Below, in pieces: positions 39,148 through 48,439 of a stretch of DNA of 64,000 nt; within the stretch, counting starts at the first letter, position 1; every line of letters begins with the position of its first letter. The stretch lies in contig CBDCCS010000022.1 in NCBI GenBank assembly GCA_965214935.1, positions 352,001 through 416,000 on the forward strand, read 5' to 3'. The notes beneath the pieces were generated by a model that was not told the origin of the DNA, made no database searches, and saw only the letters and a program-made list of their open reading frames with translations. The translations under genes and the position numbers were made by a program. The DNA comes from Candidatus Velthaea sp. GTDB lineage: Bacteria; Vulcanimicrobiota; Vulcanimicrobiia; Vulcanimicrobiales; Vulcanimicrobiaceae.

Positions 39148-40230
39148 ATCATCAATTCACTCATCGGCCGCCGGAGCTTTCTTAGCGCAACCGCGGCGCT
39201 GGCGACGACCATGCCGGTCCTCGGACGGGCGGCAATCGCCGCACCGTTAGCGGCATTACCGGCGCAAGACGAACGTGCCGACGCCGACATGCAAGAAGTT
39301 CTGCAGCAATTACAAGCGTTTCACACGCCGCCGCTTACCAAGGTTCCGCCGCGCATCGCGCGCGAACTCCCGTCGTTCGCCGATGCGCTGCAAGCCACGC
39401 TGTCGGCGCAAGGCAAAGCGTGCGTCGAGCCGGTCAGCAAGATCACGCACAAGGTGATCGCCGGTCCGGGCGGACCGATTCTTCTTCGCATCTACACGCC
39501 GCAGGGTGATGCGCCGTTCCCGGTTGCGATGTATTATCACGGCGGCGGTTTCGTTATTGCAAATCTCGATACGTACGATGCTGTACCGCGTCAGCTCGCA
39601 AACGGTGCCGATGCAATCGTGGTCTCCGTTGCGTATCGCCAAGCGCCCGAGCATCCGTTTCCGGCCGCGCCCGAAGATGCTTATGCGGCATATCGCTGGG
39701 TGTTGACGAACGCTGCGTCGATCGGCGGCGATCCTAAACGGGTGGCGGTGAGCGGAGAAAGCGCGGGCGGAAACCTTGCGACCGTCGTCGCCATCCAAGC
39801 CGTCCGTCACAACATTGCCGTCCCCGTTCACCAGCTGTTGGTTTATCCGGTGACGAATTTCGTGAAAGGGCCGCCGCCGCCGTCGTACCGCGAGAACCCG
39901 GTTACCATTCCGCTGTCGACACCGGCGTTAATGTGGTTCGGTAAATATTATTTAAGCGATGCGAGCCAGGCCGCAAGTCCGCTGGCGTCGCCGCTGCATG
40001 CCAAGCTAAGCGGACTTCCGCCGACAACGATCATCAACGCGGATCTCGACCCGCTTCGCGACGACGGTGCAACGTACGCCACTGCATTACAAGCCGCCGG
40101 CGTTACCGTCAAGCGGACGCTTTATTCCGGCGTCACGCACGAGTTTTTCGGCATGGGCGGCGCGGTGGCGAAGGCCAAAGCGGCGATGACCGAAGCAACA
40201 ACTGCGCTCAAGGCAAGTTTCAGCCGGTAA
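39148..40230 (+). CDS. Tat-exported HSL-family esterase/lipase
   Basis: GRRSFL Tat motif; HGGG, GESAGG, DPLRDDG, GVTHEF. Start codon apparently ATC. Confidence 0.85.
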   Translation: MINSLIGRRSFLSATAALATTMPVLGRAAIAAPLAALPAQDERADADMQEVLQQLQAFHTPPLTKVPPRIARELPSFADALQATLSAQGKACVEPVSKITHKVIAGPGGPILLRIYTPQGDAPFPVAMYYHGGGFVIANLDTYDAVPRQLANGADAIVVSVAYRQAPEHPFPAAPEDAYAAYRWVLTNAASIGGDPKRVAVSGESAGGNLATVVAIQAVRHNIAVPVHQLLVYPVTNFVKGPPPPSYRENPVTIPLSTPALMWFGKYYLSDASQAASPLASPLHAKLSGLPPTTIINADLDPLRDDGATYATALQAAGVTVKRTLYSGVTHEFFGMGGAVAKAKAAMTEATTALKASFSR

Positions 40231-40272
40231 CACGAATCGAAGCGGCGACACGCGCCGACAGCTTGCCGGCAG

Positions 40273-40301
40273 TTGACTTTAAAAGATATATCGCGTAATA
40301 T
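40273..40301 (+). promoter_or_regulatory. sigma70-type promoter (leaderless) with GATATATC palindrome in the spacer
   Basis: TTGACT-N17-TAATAT, then 6 nt, then ATG 40308. Confidence 0.75.
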
Positions 40302-40307
40302 CGCTTT

Positions 40308-40862
40308 ATGAGATACATCAATCATTTTCTATTGGCCGGCGTGCGGCATAAATTCGGCCGGCGTCACGAGCACGAGCCGGGTGCTCATCTTCACGGCGGC
40401 GGGCGCTTCGGCGGTCGTTGGGGCGCGCGCACACGACGCGGCGAAGGCAAGTTCCTGGTTCTCGAAGCGCTCAGCGCGGCGCCCCAGCATGGCTACGAGA
40501 TCATGAGCGCGATCGAGCAAAAGCGCGGTTTTCGTCCCAGTCCCGGATCGATCTATCCGACGCTGCAGATGCTCGATGACGGCGGTTTCGTCACCAGCGT
40601 TGAGCTCGACGGAAAGCGGGTTTACACGATCTCGGAATCCGGACGTGAACTGCTCGCGGGCCACAGCGCCGGGCGTCCGGCCGGCCCGGACGCCGACGAT
40701 GACGATGATGCGCGCGGCCGCGCCAGACAATCGGCGATGAAATTGATGGCGGCAATGATGAGCGCTCGAGCAAGCGATGATGCAACGTTGGATAAGATCT
40801 GCGTTATCATCGATCGCGCGCGACGCGAAATCCATTCGATTCTGGCGACCGACGAAACGTAG
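40308..40862 (+). CDS. PadR family transcriptional regulator
   Basis: PQHGYEIM, PSPGSIYPTLQML, KRVYTISESG; His/Gly/Arg-rich N-terminus. Confidence 0.92.
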   Translation: MRYINHFLLAGVRHKFGRRHEHEPGAHLHGGGRFGGRWGARTRRGEGKFLVLEALSAAPQHGYEIMSAIEQKRGFRPSPGSIYPTLQMLDDGGFVTSVELDGKRVYTISESGRELLAGHSAGRPAGPDADDDDDARGRARQSAMKLMAAMMSARASDDATLDKICVIIDRARREIHSILATDET

Positions 40863-40922
40863 AGCACGTCGCGCGCTGCGGTTTGCGGAGGGAACTTCAA
40901 ACGGACGGCGTGAGCGATACGT

Positions 40923-43745
40923 ATGACCGATCGACGCCGTGACGAACCGCTCGACATGTATCGTCGCGCGCGCGACGCGATGCTTGGAGCACTCGTCGAA
41001 TTGCAGGCGGTGCTCGAACGAACCGCCGGCTGGCACGATGCTCGGAGCGATCTCGAACAACTCGCGCAAACGATCGCGCGCTTGCGCGATGGGCAATTTA
41101 TTCTTGCAGTCGTCGGCGAATTTTCCAGCGGCAAGTCGTTTCTGCTCAATGCGCTGCTCGGCAAGGTCGAACGCGAAGAGCGACTGGGAACAAAGCGCAT
41201 CGTCGGCCTGCTTGCAACCGATATCAATCCATCCACGGCGACCATTACCGAACTGGTATACGGCAACGCGGAAACGGCGGTTGCATATTATCCGAATGGT
41301 CGGCAAGAACGCATACCGTTGGGGCGGCTTTCCCGCTTTGTTGCCGTCGGCCAAGATGCAAAGCTGCACGACGCGACCGGCAGCGAGCGCGATGCGCCGA
41401 GTCTCGTCCGGGTGCACGTTGAATCGGCGTTTCTTCAGAATGGATTCATCGTTGCCGATACGCCCGGCTTGGCGTCGATCAATCCCGCGCATCGTCGTGC
41501 AACGCTACGATATCTGCCCGGCGCGGACGCCGTCCTTTACTTAGTCGATACGCAACAACCATTTAGCACGGGTGACGCCTCGTTTCTCGGTATCGTGCGG
41601 CGCTACATCGAGACGATTTTCATCGTGCAAACCAAAATCGATCTGTGGCGCATGCGTGACGGCGAGCGTGAAACGTGGCAGAGCGCTGCGGCGCGGATCG
41701 TGGCGCAGGCGGCAATTCACGCACCCGACGTACCGGTTTACCCGCTATCCGCGCGCGACTATGCCGAGGGACTCATCGACGGCGATTCCGCTTTGATCGC
41801 GCAGAGCCGCTTTGCACCGTTTCGCGCCGCCCTCGACGCATCGCTCGTGGCAACAACGGGACGCTCGCGTTTACGCCGGGTCGCCGCACAGGCGCGCCGA
41901 CTCGTCACGCGTGCCGCCGATGCGCTCGCCCGCGAGCGCGTCGCACTCGCGACCGATGAAGCAACGCTGCGCGGCAGCCGCGATACACTTGTACCGGCAC
42001 TCGCTGCAATCGATGAATCGGCACGTGCGGCGCAAACCGCGCTCGAAGAGTCAGGCAGCACGCTCAACGGCTCGGTGGCCGGTCAGGGCAGTGAAATGCT
42101 CGCTCAATTGCGGCGAACGCTCGCACGCGCCTTCGATACCGCCGATATCGCGCGTTTACGAGATCGAGCAAAACTTCACGGCATCGTCGATGATACCTTA
42201 GCCGCCGCGGTCGGCCGCTTTGCCGGCGATGTCGCCGATATGATCGCCGTCGGCCTGCGTGCACAGGCGAAGACGGCCTTGACTACGATCATCGAAACGG
42301 CGCGAGCGGCCGACGGCGCCGGCCGATTGCAGCTGATCCTCGATGCGATCGCCGGCGAGCGGCTTGCGCTAACCGAAGATGCCGCCGCGGCATTCGGCGC
42401 AGACCCGTCGAGCGGCGCGTGGAGCACCGATTTGCAAACCGGCATACGCTCCACGATCGTCCTGGGTGCGCTCGGCGGACCGGCTGTCGGACTAGTCGAT
42501 GCGATCGCGCAGCGCTTTGCCGCAGCGCCGTTCGGTACGTATATGAAGCGCGAATTGCTTGCCGATCTGCGTACGACGCTGCTCGCCGATTTCGATGCCG
42601 AGATGGAGGCGTTCAGCGCCGCCAACGCCGAGCGCGTACAGCTCGTCGCGCACCGGCTGGCCGAACGTGCCGGGACGGTTGCCGGTCGTATCCGTAGCGA
42701 GGCGCTCGAGTCGATCGACAACGCGCTTGCCGCACGCCAAAGCGGGGCCGACATGGCGGCGCTCGATGCTCGCTCGCGCGCCTCCGACGAGGAACTCGCT
42801 CAACTTGCGACGCGCATCGAGACGATTAGTGAAACGTTCGGCAGCGAATCGCGCGCGGCGCGCAACGAGCATGCCGCTTTGCCGGCCGAACCCCGGGCCG
42901 GTGCAATTGCGGTCGTTACTGCCGGCGATGCCCGCTTCGATGCGCAAACATACGAGCACGGTTTACGGCCGGAACGCTGGCGCGTCGCGATCGTTGGTGC
43001 CCTGCGGCGCGGCAAGTCCAGTCTCATCAACACGATTGCGGATGCGCGCGTCTTGCCCGATGAAGGCAGCGACGTTGAAATGCGCTTCCCCGTTCACGTC
43101 CGTTACGGTCCGCTACCAAAGGCGTACGCGCTCGGTGACGACGCAGCCTGGGATCCGATCGACTTCGATATCGCACTCGAAGCAGCCACCCGCACTCCGG
43201 TGCTGATCGAGACGCCATGGGCCTTACCGCGCGAACTCGTCCTCGTTCATACGCCGGCATTCGATTCCGGTCTGCCGGACGCTGAAACGATTGCGTTTGC
43301 CGCTGTCAAGGGTGCCAGCGAACTGCTCGCCCTGTTCTCGCGTCAGCTCTCCGACCTCGAACTCGACGTCTATGGACGGATGGCGAACGTCGGCAAACCG
43401 ATCGCCTTCGTTCACACGATTGCCGACAACGAAGCTTCGGCCGAACGGCGCAATGTCGTCAGTCTGGCCGACCGGTATTTGCGCGAACGTGCGATCGTCC
43501 CGCAGCGCATCTATACGGTTTCGACCCATGAGTATCGTACCGCGCATGGTGCCGGCCGGCCGCCGGCGGCTTGGAATGAACTAGCTGCGTTAACGAGCAC
43601 GCTTGCAACGCATGCCGAAGAGCACATGCTGCGGTTGGAGCGTGCTCGTCAAGGCCGGGCGGAAAACGAGCGCCTTACCCGCAGCCGCGAACCGCAAGGC
43701 GCACGCGCGCCGTCGCTTTTCGAACGGTTATTCGGCCGGCGCTGA
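40923..43745 (+). CDS. bacterial dynamin-like protein with two GTPase domains (second degenerate)
   Basis: Domain 1: GEFSSGKS, PSTA, DTPG, TKID, SAR. Long helical stalk. Domain 2: GALRRGKS, HTPA, HTIAD. Confidence 0.85.
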   Translation: MTDRRRDEPLDMYRRARDAMLGALVELQAVLERTAGWHDARSDLEQLAQTIARLRDGQFILAVVGEFSSGKSFLLNALLGKVEREERLGTKRIVGLLATDINPSTATITELVYGNAETAVAYYPNGRQERIPLGRLSRFVAVGQDAKLHDATGSERDAPSLVRVHVESAFLQNGFIVADTPGLASINPAHRRATLRYLPGADAVLYLVDTQQPFSTGDASFLGIVRRYIETIFIVQTKIDLWRMRDGERETWQSAAARIVAQAAIHAPDVPVYPLSARDYAEGLIDGDSALIAQSRFAPFRAALDASLVATTGRSRLRRVAAQARRLVTRAADALARERVALATDEATLRGSRDTLVPALAAIDESARAAQTALEESGSTLNGSVAGQGSEMLAQLRRTLARAFDTADIARLRDRAKLHGIVDDTLAAAVGRFAGDVADMIAVGLRAQAKTALTTIIETARAADGAGRLQLILDAIAGERLALTEDAAAAFGADPSSGAWSTDLQTGIRSTIVLGALGGPAVGLVDAIAQRFAAAPFGTYMKRELLADLRTTLLADFDAEMEAFSAANAERVQLVAHRLAERAGTVAGRIRSEALESIDNALAARQSGADMAALDARSRASDEELAQLATRIETISETFGSESRAARNEHAALPAEPRAGAIAVVTAGDARFDAQTYEHGLRPERWRVAIVGALRRGKSSLINTIADARVLPDEGSDVEMRFPVHVRYGPLPKAYALGDDAAWDPIDFDIALEAATRTPVLIETPWALPRELVLVHTPAFDSGLPDAETIAFAAVKGASELLALFSRQLSDLELDVYGRMANVGKPIAFVHTIADNEASAERRNVVSLADRYLRERAIVPQRIYTVSTHEYRTAHGAGRPPAAWNELAALTSTLATHAEEHMLRLERARQGRAENERLTRSREPQGARAPSLFERLFGRR

Positions 43746-43784
43746 CCCGAGGGTGCCGCAACCGGTTTCCCGAACCGCTCTCCC

Positions 43785-44951
43785 GTGTCGGATACTTTTA
43801 CCCTCGGCCCCGCCCAAATCGCCGTCGGCGACGGGACGGTTGCACTTGGCCGCTTGGCGATCGAACGCGGCAAGATCGCACGTATCTTGCCCGAGGACGG
43901 TCCGAGCGAGGTGTTGTTGCCGCCCGGCGCGGTCATTGCGCCCGGTTTGATCGACGTTCACACGAACGGCGCCGATGAGTTTCTGTTTAATCGCGATCAA
44001 GGTAACGCCGTCGAAGTGGCGGCCCGCGCGTATGCCCGGATGGGTGCGACCGGCTTCGTCGCATCGGTCATGACGGCTCCCTGGGAGTCAATGATGCACG
44101 CAGCATCTGAGGTTTCCGAAGCCGCTAACGGGCTTGAAGAATCGGCCGAACGCAGCGGCGCGCGCTGCTTGGGCATTCAATTCGAGGGGCCGTTTCTCAA
44201 TCCGAAGTTCCGGCGCGTCCACCGCAGCGAATGGCTCCTGCCTGCGACGATCGAGCGAGCGAACGAGATGATCGAAGCCTGCCGGGGGGCGCTTGTAATG
44301 GTAACGATGGCGCCCGAAGCCGACGGCGTTGAAAATGTCGCACGCATGTTTTTCGATCAAGGCATCGTGTGTTCGGCCGGACACACATCGGCGCACTATC
44401 GCGAAGGGATGCTCGCAATCGGCCTCGGGTTTCGCACCCTCACGCATGCCTTCAACGGTATGCCGCCGCTCGACCATCGCGATCCGTCGCTGCTCGCGGC
44501 GTTTATCCAAGAGTCGCGCACGACCGTGCAACTCATCTGCGACGGTTATCACGTCTCGCCGCCGATGGTCGATATCACGTACCGCACGCTGCGCGACCGG
44601 CTTATTTTGACCACCGATAATATGCCGCCGGCCGGCAGCGGTTACCGGATCGAGGGCGGCGTCGTGCGCGCCGAAGACGGGACGATCGCCGGTAGCGCCT
44701 TGCACATCGATCAGGCCGTTCGCAACCTCATGAGTTACGCCGATATTCCGTTTCAAACCGCGATCGTCAACGCGACGCGCAGCCCGGCGCGTCTGCTCGG
44801 CATCGAACGCGATCTCGGTACGATCGAGCCCGGCAAACGCGCCGACCTTTCGATTTGGGACGCAAGCTACAACGTGCTCGCGACGATCGTCGGCGGCGTC
44901 ACCGTCTACGGCGCATCGCGGCTGTCGAAGCCGTCGCGCGCTCGCGCGTGA
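43785..44951 (+). CDS. nagA: N-acetylglucosamine-6-phosphate deacetylase
   Basis: PGLIDVHTNG, EGPFLN, TMAPE, AGHT, THAFNGM, DGYH, TD, IAGS, GKRADL. Confidence 0.88.
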   Translation: MSDTFTLGPAQIAVGDGTVALGRLAIERGKIARILPEDGPSEVLLPPGAVIAPGLIDVHTNGADEFLFNRDQGNAVEVAARAYARMGATGFVASVMTAPWESMMHAASEVSEAANGLEESAERSGARCLGIQFEGPFLNPKFRRVHRSEWLLPATIERANEMIEACRGALVMVTMAPEADGVENVARMFFDQGIVCSAGHTSAHYREGMLAIGLGFRTLTHAFNGMPPLDHRDPSLLAAFIQESRTTVQLICDGYHVSPPMVDITYRTLRDRLILTTDNMPPAGSGYRIEGGVVRAEDGTIAGSALHIDQAVRNLMSYADIPFQTAIVNATRSPARLLGIERDLGTIEPGKRADLSIWDASYNVLATIVGGVTVYGASRLSKPSRARA

Positions 44952-44970
44952 GCATCGAAGACACGCGCGG

Positions 44971-45687
44971 TTAGGCCGCGCCGCCTAAATAGGCGGCCTG
45001 TACCGCTTCGCTTGCCATGAGGGCGGCACTCGAATCGCCGCTGACGATCTTACCGACTTCGAGAACGTAGCCGCGGGCAGCGATCTGCAGCGCTTGACGC
45101 GCGTTCTGTTCGATCAGCAGCACCGTCGTGCCGCGCGCGTTGATCTCGCTGATGACGCCGAAGATCGTTTGGACCAGCAACGGTGAGAGCCCCAGCGACG
45201 GCTCATCGAGGAGCAGCACGCTGGGTCGCGACATGAGCGCTCGGCCGATCGCGAGCATTTGCTGCTCGCCGCCCGACATCGTACCGGCTTTCTGATTCAA
45301 GCGCTCTTTAAGCCGCGGAAACGTCGTAAGAATGCGCTCGGTATCGTCGGCGACTTCGCGTTTGGACAGCCGGGTGAAAGCGCCGAGTTCGAGATTCTCA
45401 CGCACCGTCATCCGGGCAAAAACGCGGCGGCCCTCCGGTGAATGGCCGATACCGCGACGCACGATTTGATCGGGCGATATCTTCGTTATGTCGAGCCCGC
45501 GAAAGCGGATCGAACCGCCGGCCGGGTGGATCAGTCCGCTGATCGCGCGCAGCGTGGTCGTTTTACCGGCGCCGTTGGCACCGATGAGCGTCACGATCTC
45601 GCCTTCGTCGACGCTGAGCGAAACGCCGTCGATCGCAGTGATCCGGCCATACCGGCAGACGAGCGATTCAACTTCGAGCAACGCCAC
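44971..45687 (-). CDS. livF: branched-chain amino acid ABC transporter ATPase
   Basis: GANGAGKTT, PEGRRVF, MSGGEQQMLAIGRALM, EQNA. Confidence 0.93.
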   Translation of the reverse strand: MALLEVESLVCRYGRITAIDGVSLSVDEGEIVTLIGANGAGKTTTLRAISGLIHPAGGSIRFRGLDITKISPDQIVRRGIGHSPEGRRVFARMTVRENLELGAFTRLSKREVADDTERILTTFPRLKERLNQKAGTMSGGEQQMLAIGRALMSRPSVLLLDEPSLGLSPLLVQTIFGVISEINARGTTVLLIEQNARQALQIAARGYVLEVGKIVSGDSSAALMASEAVQAAYLGGAA

Positions 45688-46451
45688 TATGCGGGCTTTC
45701 CGAGGTAGGCTTCGATAACGCGCGGATCGCTGCGTACGACGGCGGGCGAACCTTCGGCAATCTTTTGACCTTGATCGAGCACGGTAATGCGTTCGCTAAT
45801 CTGCATCACGAGATTCATGTCGTGTTCGATCAAGAAAACAGTGACGCCGCGTTCGCGAATTCGGGCGATGAGTCCGACAAGATCCGCCTTCTCGCGCGGA
45901 TTCATCCCTGCTGCAGGCTCGTCGAGCAGCAGCAGCTTGGGCTCACCGGCCAATGCTCGGGCGATTTCCAGCCGGCGCTGTAAGCCGTAGGCCAGATTGC
46001 GCGCGTACGATTGCATGTGTTTGCTTAAGTCGACGAACGCGAGCAATTCGCGCGCGCGTTCGCGCGCTCGCAACTCTTCACGCCGTTGCCCGGGCGTGTG
46101 CAGGAGCGAATCGATTAAATTTGCTTTCATGCGCGCGTGTTCGCCGGTCATAACGTTGTCGAGCGCCGACATGAAAGCAAACAGCCGGATATTTTGAAAC
46201 GTGCGTGCGATGCCGAGTGCCGCGATTGCAGCCGTTGGTTTCCCCGTGATGTCGTGGCCGTCGAACGCAATGCGTCCGGCGGATGGTTTATAGATACCGG
46301 TGACAAGGTTGAAGGCCGTGGACTTGCCCGCGCCGTTGGGACCGATCATAGCGACGACCGAACCCGGCTCGATCGTGAAACTCAGATCGTTGACGGCGAC
46401 GAGTCCGCCGAAGCGCTGCGTCACGTGCTCCATCTGCAGGATCGGAATCAC
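45687..46451 (-). CDS. livG: branched-chain amino acid ABC transporter ATPase
   Basis: FGGLVAV, GPNGAGKST, RTFQNIRLF, LDEPAAGMN, EHDM. Confidence 0.93.
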   Translation of the reverse strand: MIPILQMEHVTQRFGGLVAVNDLSFTIEPGSVVAMIGPNGAGKSTAFNLVTGIYKPSAGRIAFDGHDITGKPTAAIAALGIARTFQNIRLFAFMSALDNVMTGEHARMKANLIDSLLHTPGQRREELRARERARELLAFVDLSKHMQSYARNLAYGLQRRLEIARALAGEPKLLLLDEPAAGMNPREKADLVGLIARIRERGVTVFLIEHDMNLVMQISERITVLDQGQKIAEGSPAVVRSDPRVIEAYLGKPA

Positions 46452-47506
46452 GGCACCGCTTGCGAGAATTGCGTCTGTTCTTGAGCGGCAACGCCGGCGT
46501 CGGTGTCGGCGGCATGCAACTCTGCGGCGCGCTGCCGGCTGGGCAGCAAACCCTCAGGCCGGAACAGCATCATCAGCACGAGAATCGCGCCGTAGATGAG
46601 CAACCGTGAATTGGTCAGATCGATGTTGACGTGCACGGTGTTTTGCAAGAAGCTCGTCGCCTGCGGCAAGATGTACCGGTCGAGCGACGAGATGACGAGA
46701 CTGCCTAAGATCACGCCCGGGATGTTGCCCATTCCGCCGAGCACGAGCATCGAGAGGATCGCAACCGACACGTTGAATTGAAACTGATCGGGCGAGACGA
46801 GCTGCAGTTTTGCACCATAGGCCACACCGGCTAAACCGCTAAAAGACGCACCGAGGGCAAAGGCGGCAAGTTTTGCTCGGGTCGTGTTGATGCCCATGTG
46901 TGCCGCGGCCAGCTCATCTTCCCGGATTGCCATCCAGGAACGGCCGAGCCGGCTATTGCGCAGATTGCTTACCAGGAACACGGCAAGCACGATGAGCGCG
47001 AGCATCAGATAGTAATACGGCGTCACGTTGAAGCCGAACCGGTAACCGAAGAATGTCGGCTGATCGAGCGACCCAATTCCGTTCGGGCCACCTGTCCACT
47101 GCGACAAGTTCAAAAACGTTTGCGGTACGATCTCGCCGAAGCCGAGCGTTACGATTGCCAGATAATCGCCGCGTAATCGCAAGGTCGGCGCACCCAGCAA
47201 AATACCGAACAGCGCGGCAATTGCCGACGCCGCGAAGAGCATGATCCAGAACGGCACGTGAATGCCGAACTGCGGCGACGCCAGCATCGCAAATGCGTAC
47301 GAGCCGATTGCAAAAAAAGCCGCATAGCCGAGATCGAGCAGACCGGCGAACCCGACCACGATGTTGAGCCCCAGTGCCAACAGCACGAACGCGCCCGCAT
47401 CGGCAAGGAAATTCGTGAAAGCACCATTACGCACGACGAGCGGTAATGCGATCGCGGCAACCAAGATTGCGAGCGTTTGATACCGCGTGTTCGCAATGAC
47501 TTTCAT
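46448..47506 (-). CDS. livM: branched-chain amino acid ABC transporter permease
   Basis: GLNIVVGFAGLLDLGY, LRLRGDYLAIVTLGFGEI, AIREDE. Confidence 0.93.
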   Translation of the reverse strand: MKVIANTRYQTLAILVAAIALPLVVRNGAFTNFLADAGAFVLLALGLNIVVGFAGLLDLGYAAFFAIGSYAFAMLASPQFGIHVPFWIMLFAASAIAALFGILLGAPTLRLRGDYLAIVTLGFGEIVPQTFLNLSQWTGGPNGIGSLDQPTFFGYRFGFNVTPYYYLMLALIVLAVFLVSNLRNSRLGRSWMAIREDELAAAHMGINTTRAKLAAFALGASFSGLAGVAYGAKLQLVSPDQFQFNVSVAILSMLVLGGMGNIPGVILGSLVISSLDRYILPQATSFLQNTVHVNIDLTNSRLLIYGAILVLMMLFRPEGLLPSRQRAAELHAADTDAGVAAQEQTQFSQAVP

Positions 47507-47521
47507 CAGAAGTCGCGCTCG

Positions 47522-48433
47522 CTAAACTTTGTTCGGCAGCGACTCGCCCAGCAAACCCGACGGCCGGAAGATCAGCACGAGCACGAGCACCGAGAACACG
47601 ACGACGTTACTCCACTGGTCGGAGATGAATTGCGTCGTCAGCGACTCAATGAGCCCGATGAGGAAACCGCCGAGCATGGCGCCGGCAAGATTGCCGATCC
47701 CGCCCAGGACAGCGGCGGTGAACGCCTTGAGTCCGGCCGAGAAACCGTTGAAGAACCACGTCGAGCCGTAATAGACGCCCGAAACGAAACCGGCCGCGCC
47801 GGCCAGCGCCGAGCCGATCAGAAACGTCAAAGCGATCGTCGTGTTGATGTTGATGCCCATCAACTGTGCCGCATCGCGATCTTGCGCCGTCGCGCGCATC
47901 GCTTTGCCCAGCTTCGTATTGAAGATGAATAGCTGCAACACGATCATCATGACGACCGCCAACACGATCACCAACAGCTGCTTTGCGGCGATCTCGAGCG
48001 GGCCGAGATGGAAAGTCGGATTCGGAATGAGCTGCGGAAACGCGACGGGTGAAGGGCCGCGCCAATACTGCATGATGTTCTCGAGGATGAACGACATGCC
48101 GATCGCGGTGATGAGCGGCGCGAGCCGCGGTGCGTTTCGCAACCGCCGGTAGGCCAGCCGTTCGATGATCACGCCGGTGAGCCCACAGAGCAGCATCGCA
48201 ACAGCGATGGTCAGCACGACGATGCCGACCAGAGCGATGCCGTGGACTTCGCCCGAGACACCAAGTAACGTCAGAACGGCGAGTGAGAAAAACGTACCGA
48301 GCGTATACACGTCGCCATGCGCGAAATTGATGAGTTCGATGATGCCGTACACCATCGTATAGCCGAGCGCTATGAGCGCGTAGATTCCGCCCAGCGACAA
48401 TCCGTTGATGAGTTGCTGGAGGAAGACGTCCAA
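47522..48433 (-). CDS. livH: branched-chain amino acid ABC transporter permease
   Basis: YALIALGYTMVYGIIELINFAHG, KAFTAAVLGGIG, RPSGLLG. Confidence 0.94.
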   Translation of the reverse strand: MDVFLQQLINGLSLGGIYALIALGYTMVYGIIELINFAHGDVYTLGTFFSLAVLTLLGVSGEVHGIALVGIVVLTIAVAMLLCGLTGVIIERLAYRRLRNAPRLAPLITAIGMSFILENIMQYWRGPSPVAFPQLIPNPTFHLGPLEIAAKQLLVIVLAVVMMIVLQLFIFNTKLGKAMRATAQDRDAAQLMGININTTIALTFLIGSALAGAAGFVSGVYYGSTWFFNGFSAGLKAFTAAVLGGIGNLAGAMLGGFLIGLIESLTTQFISDQWSNVVVFSVLVLVLIFRPSGLLGESLPNKV

Positions 48434-48439
48434 GGGGCG

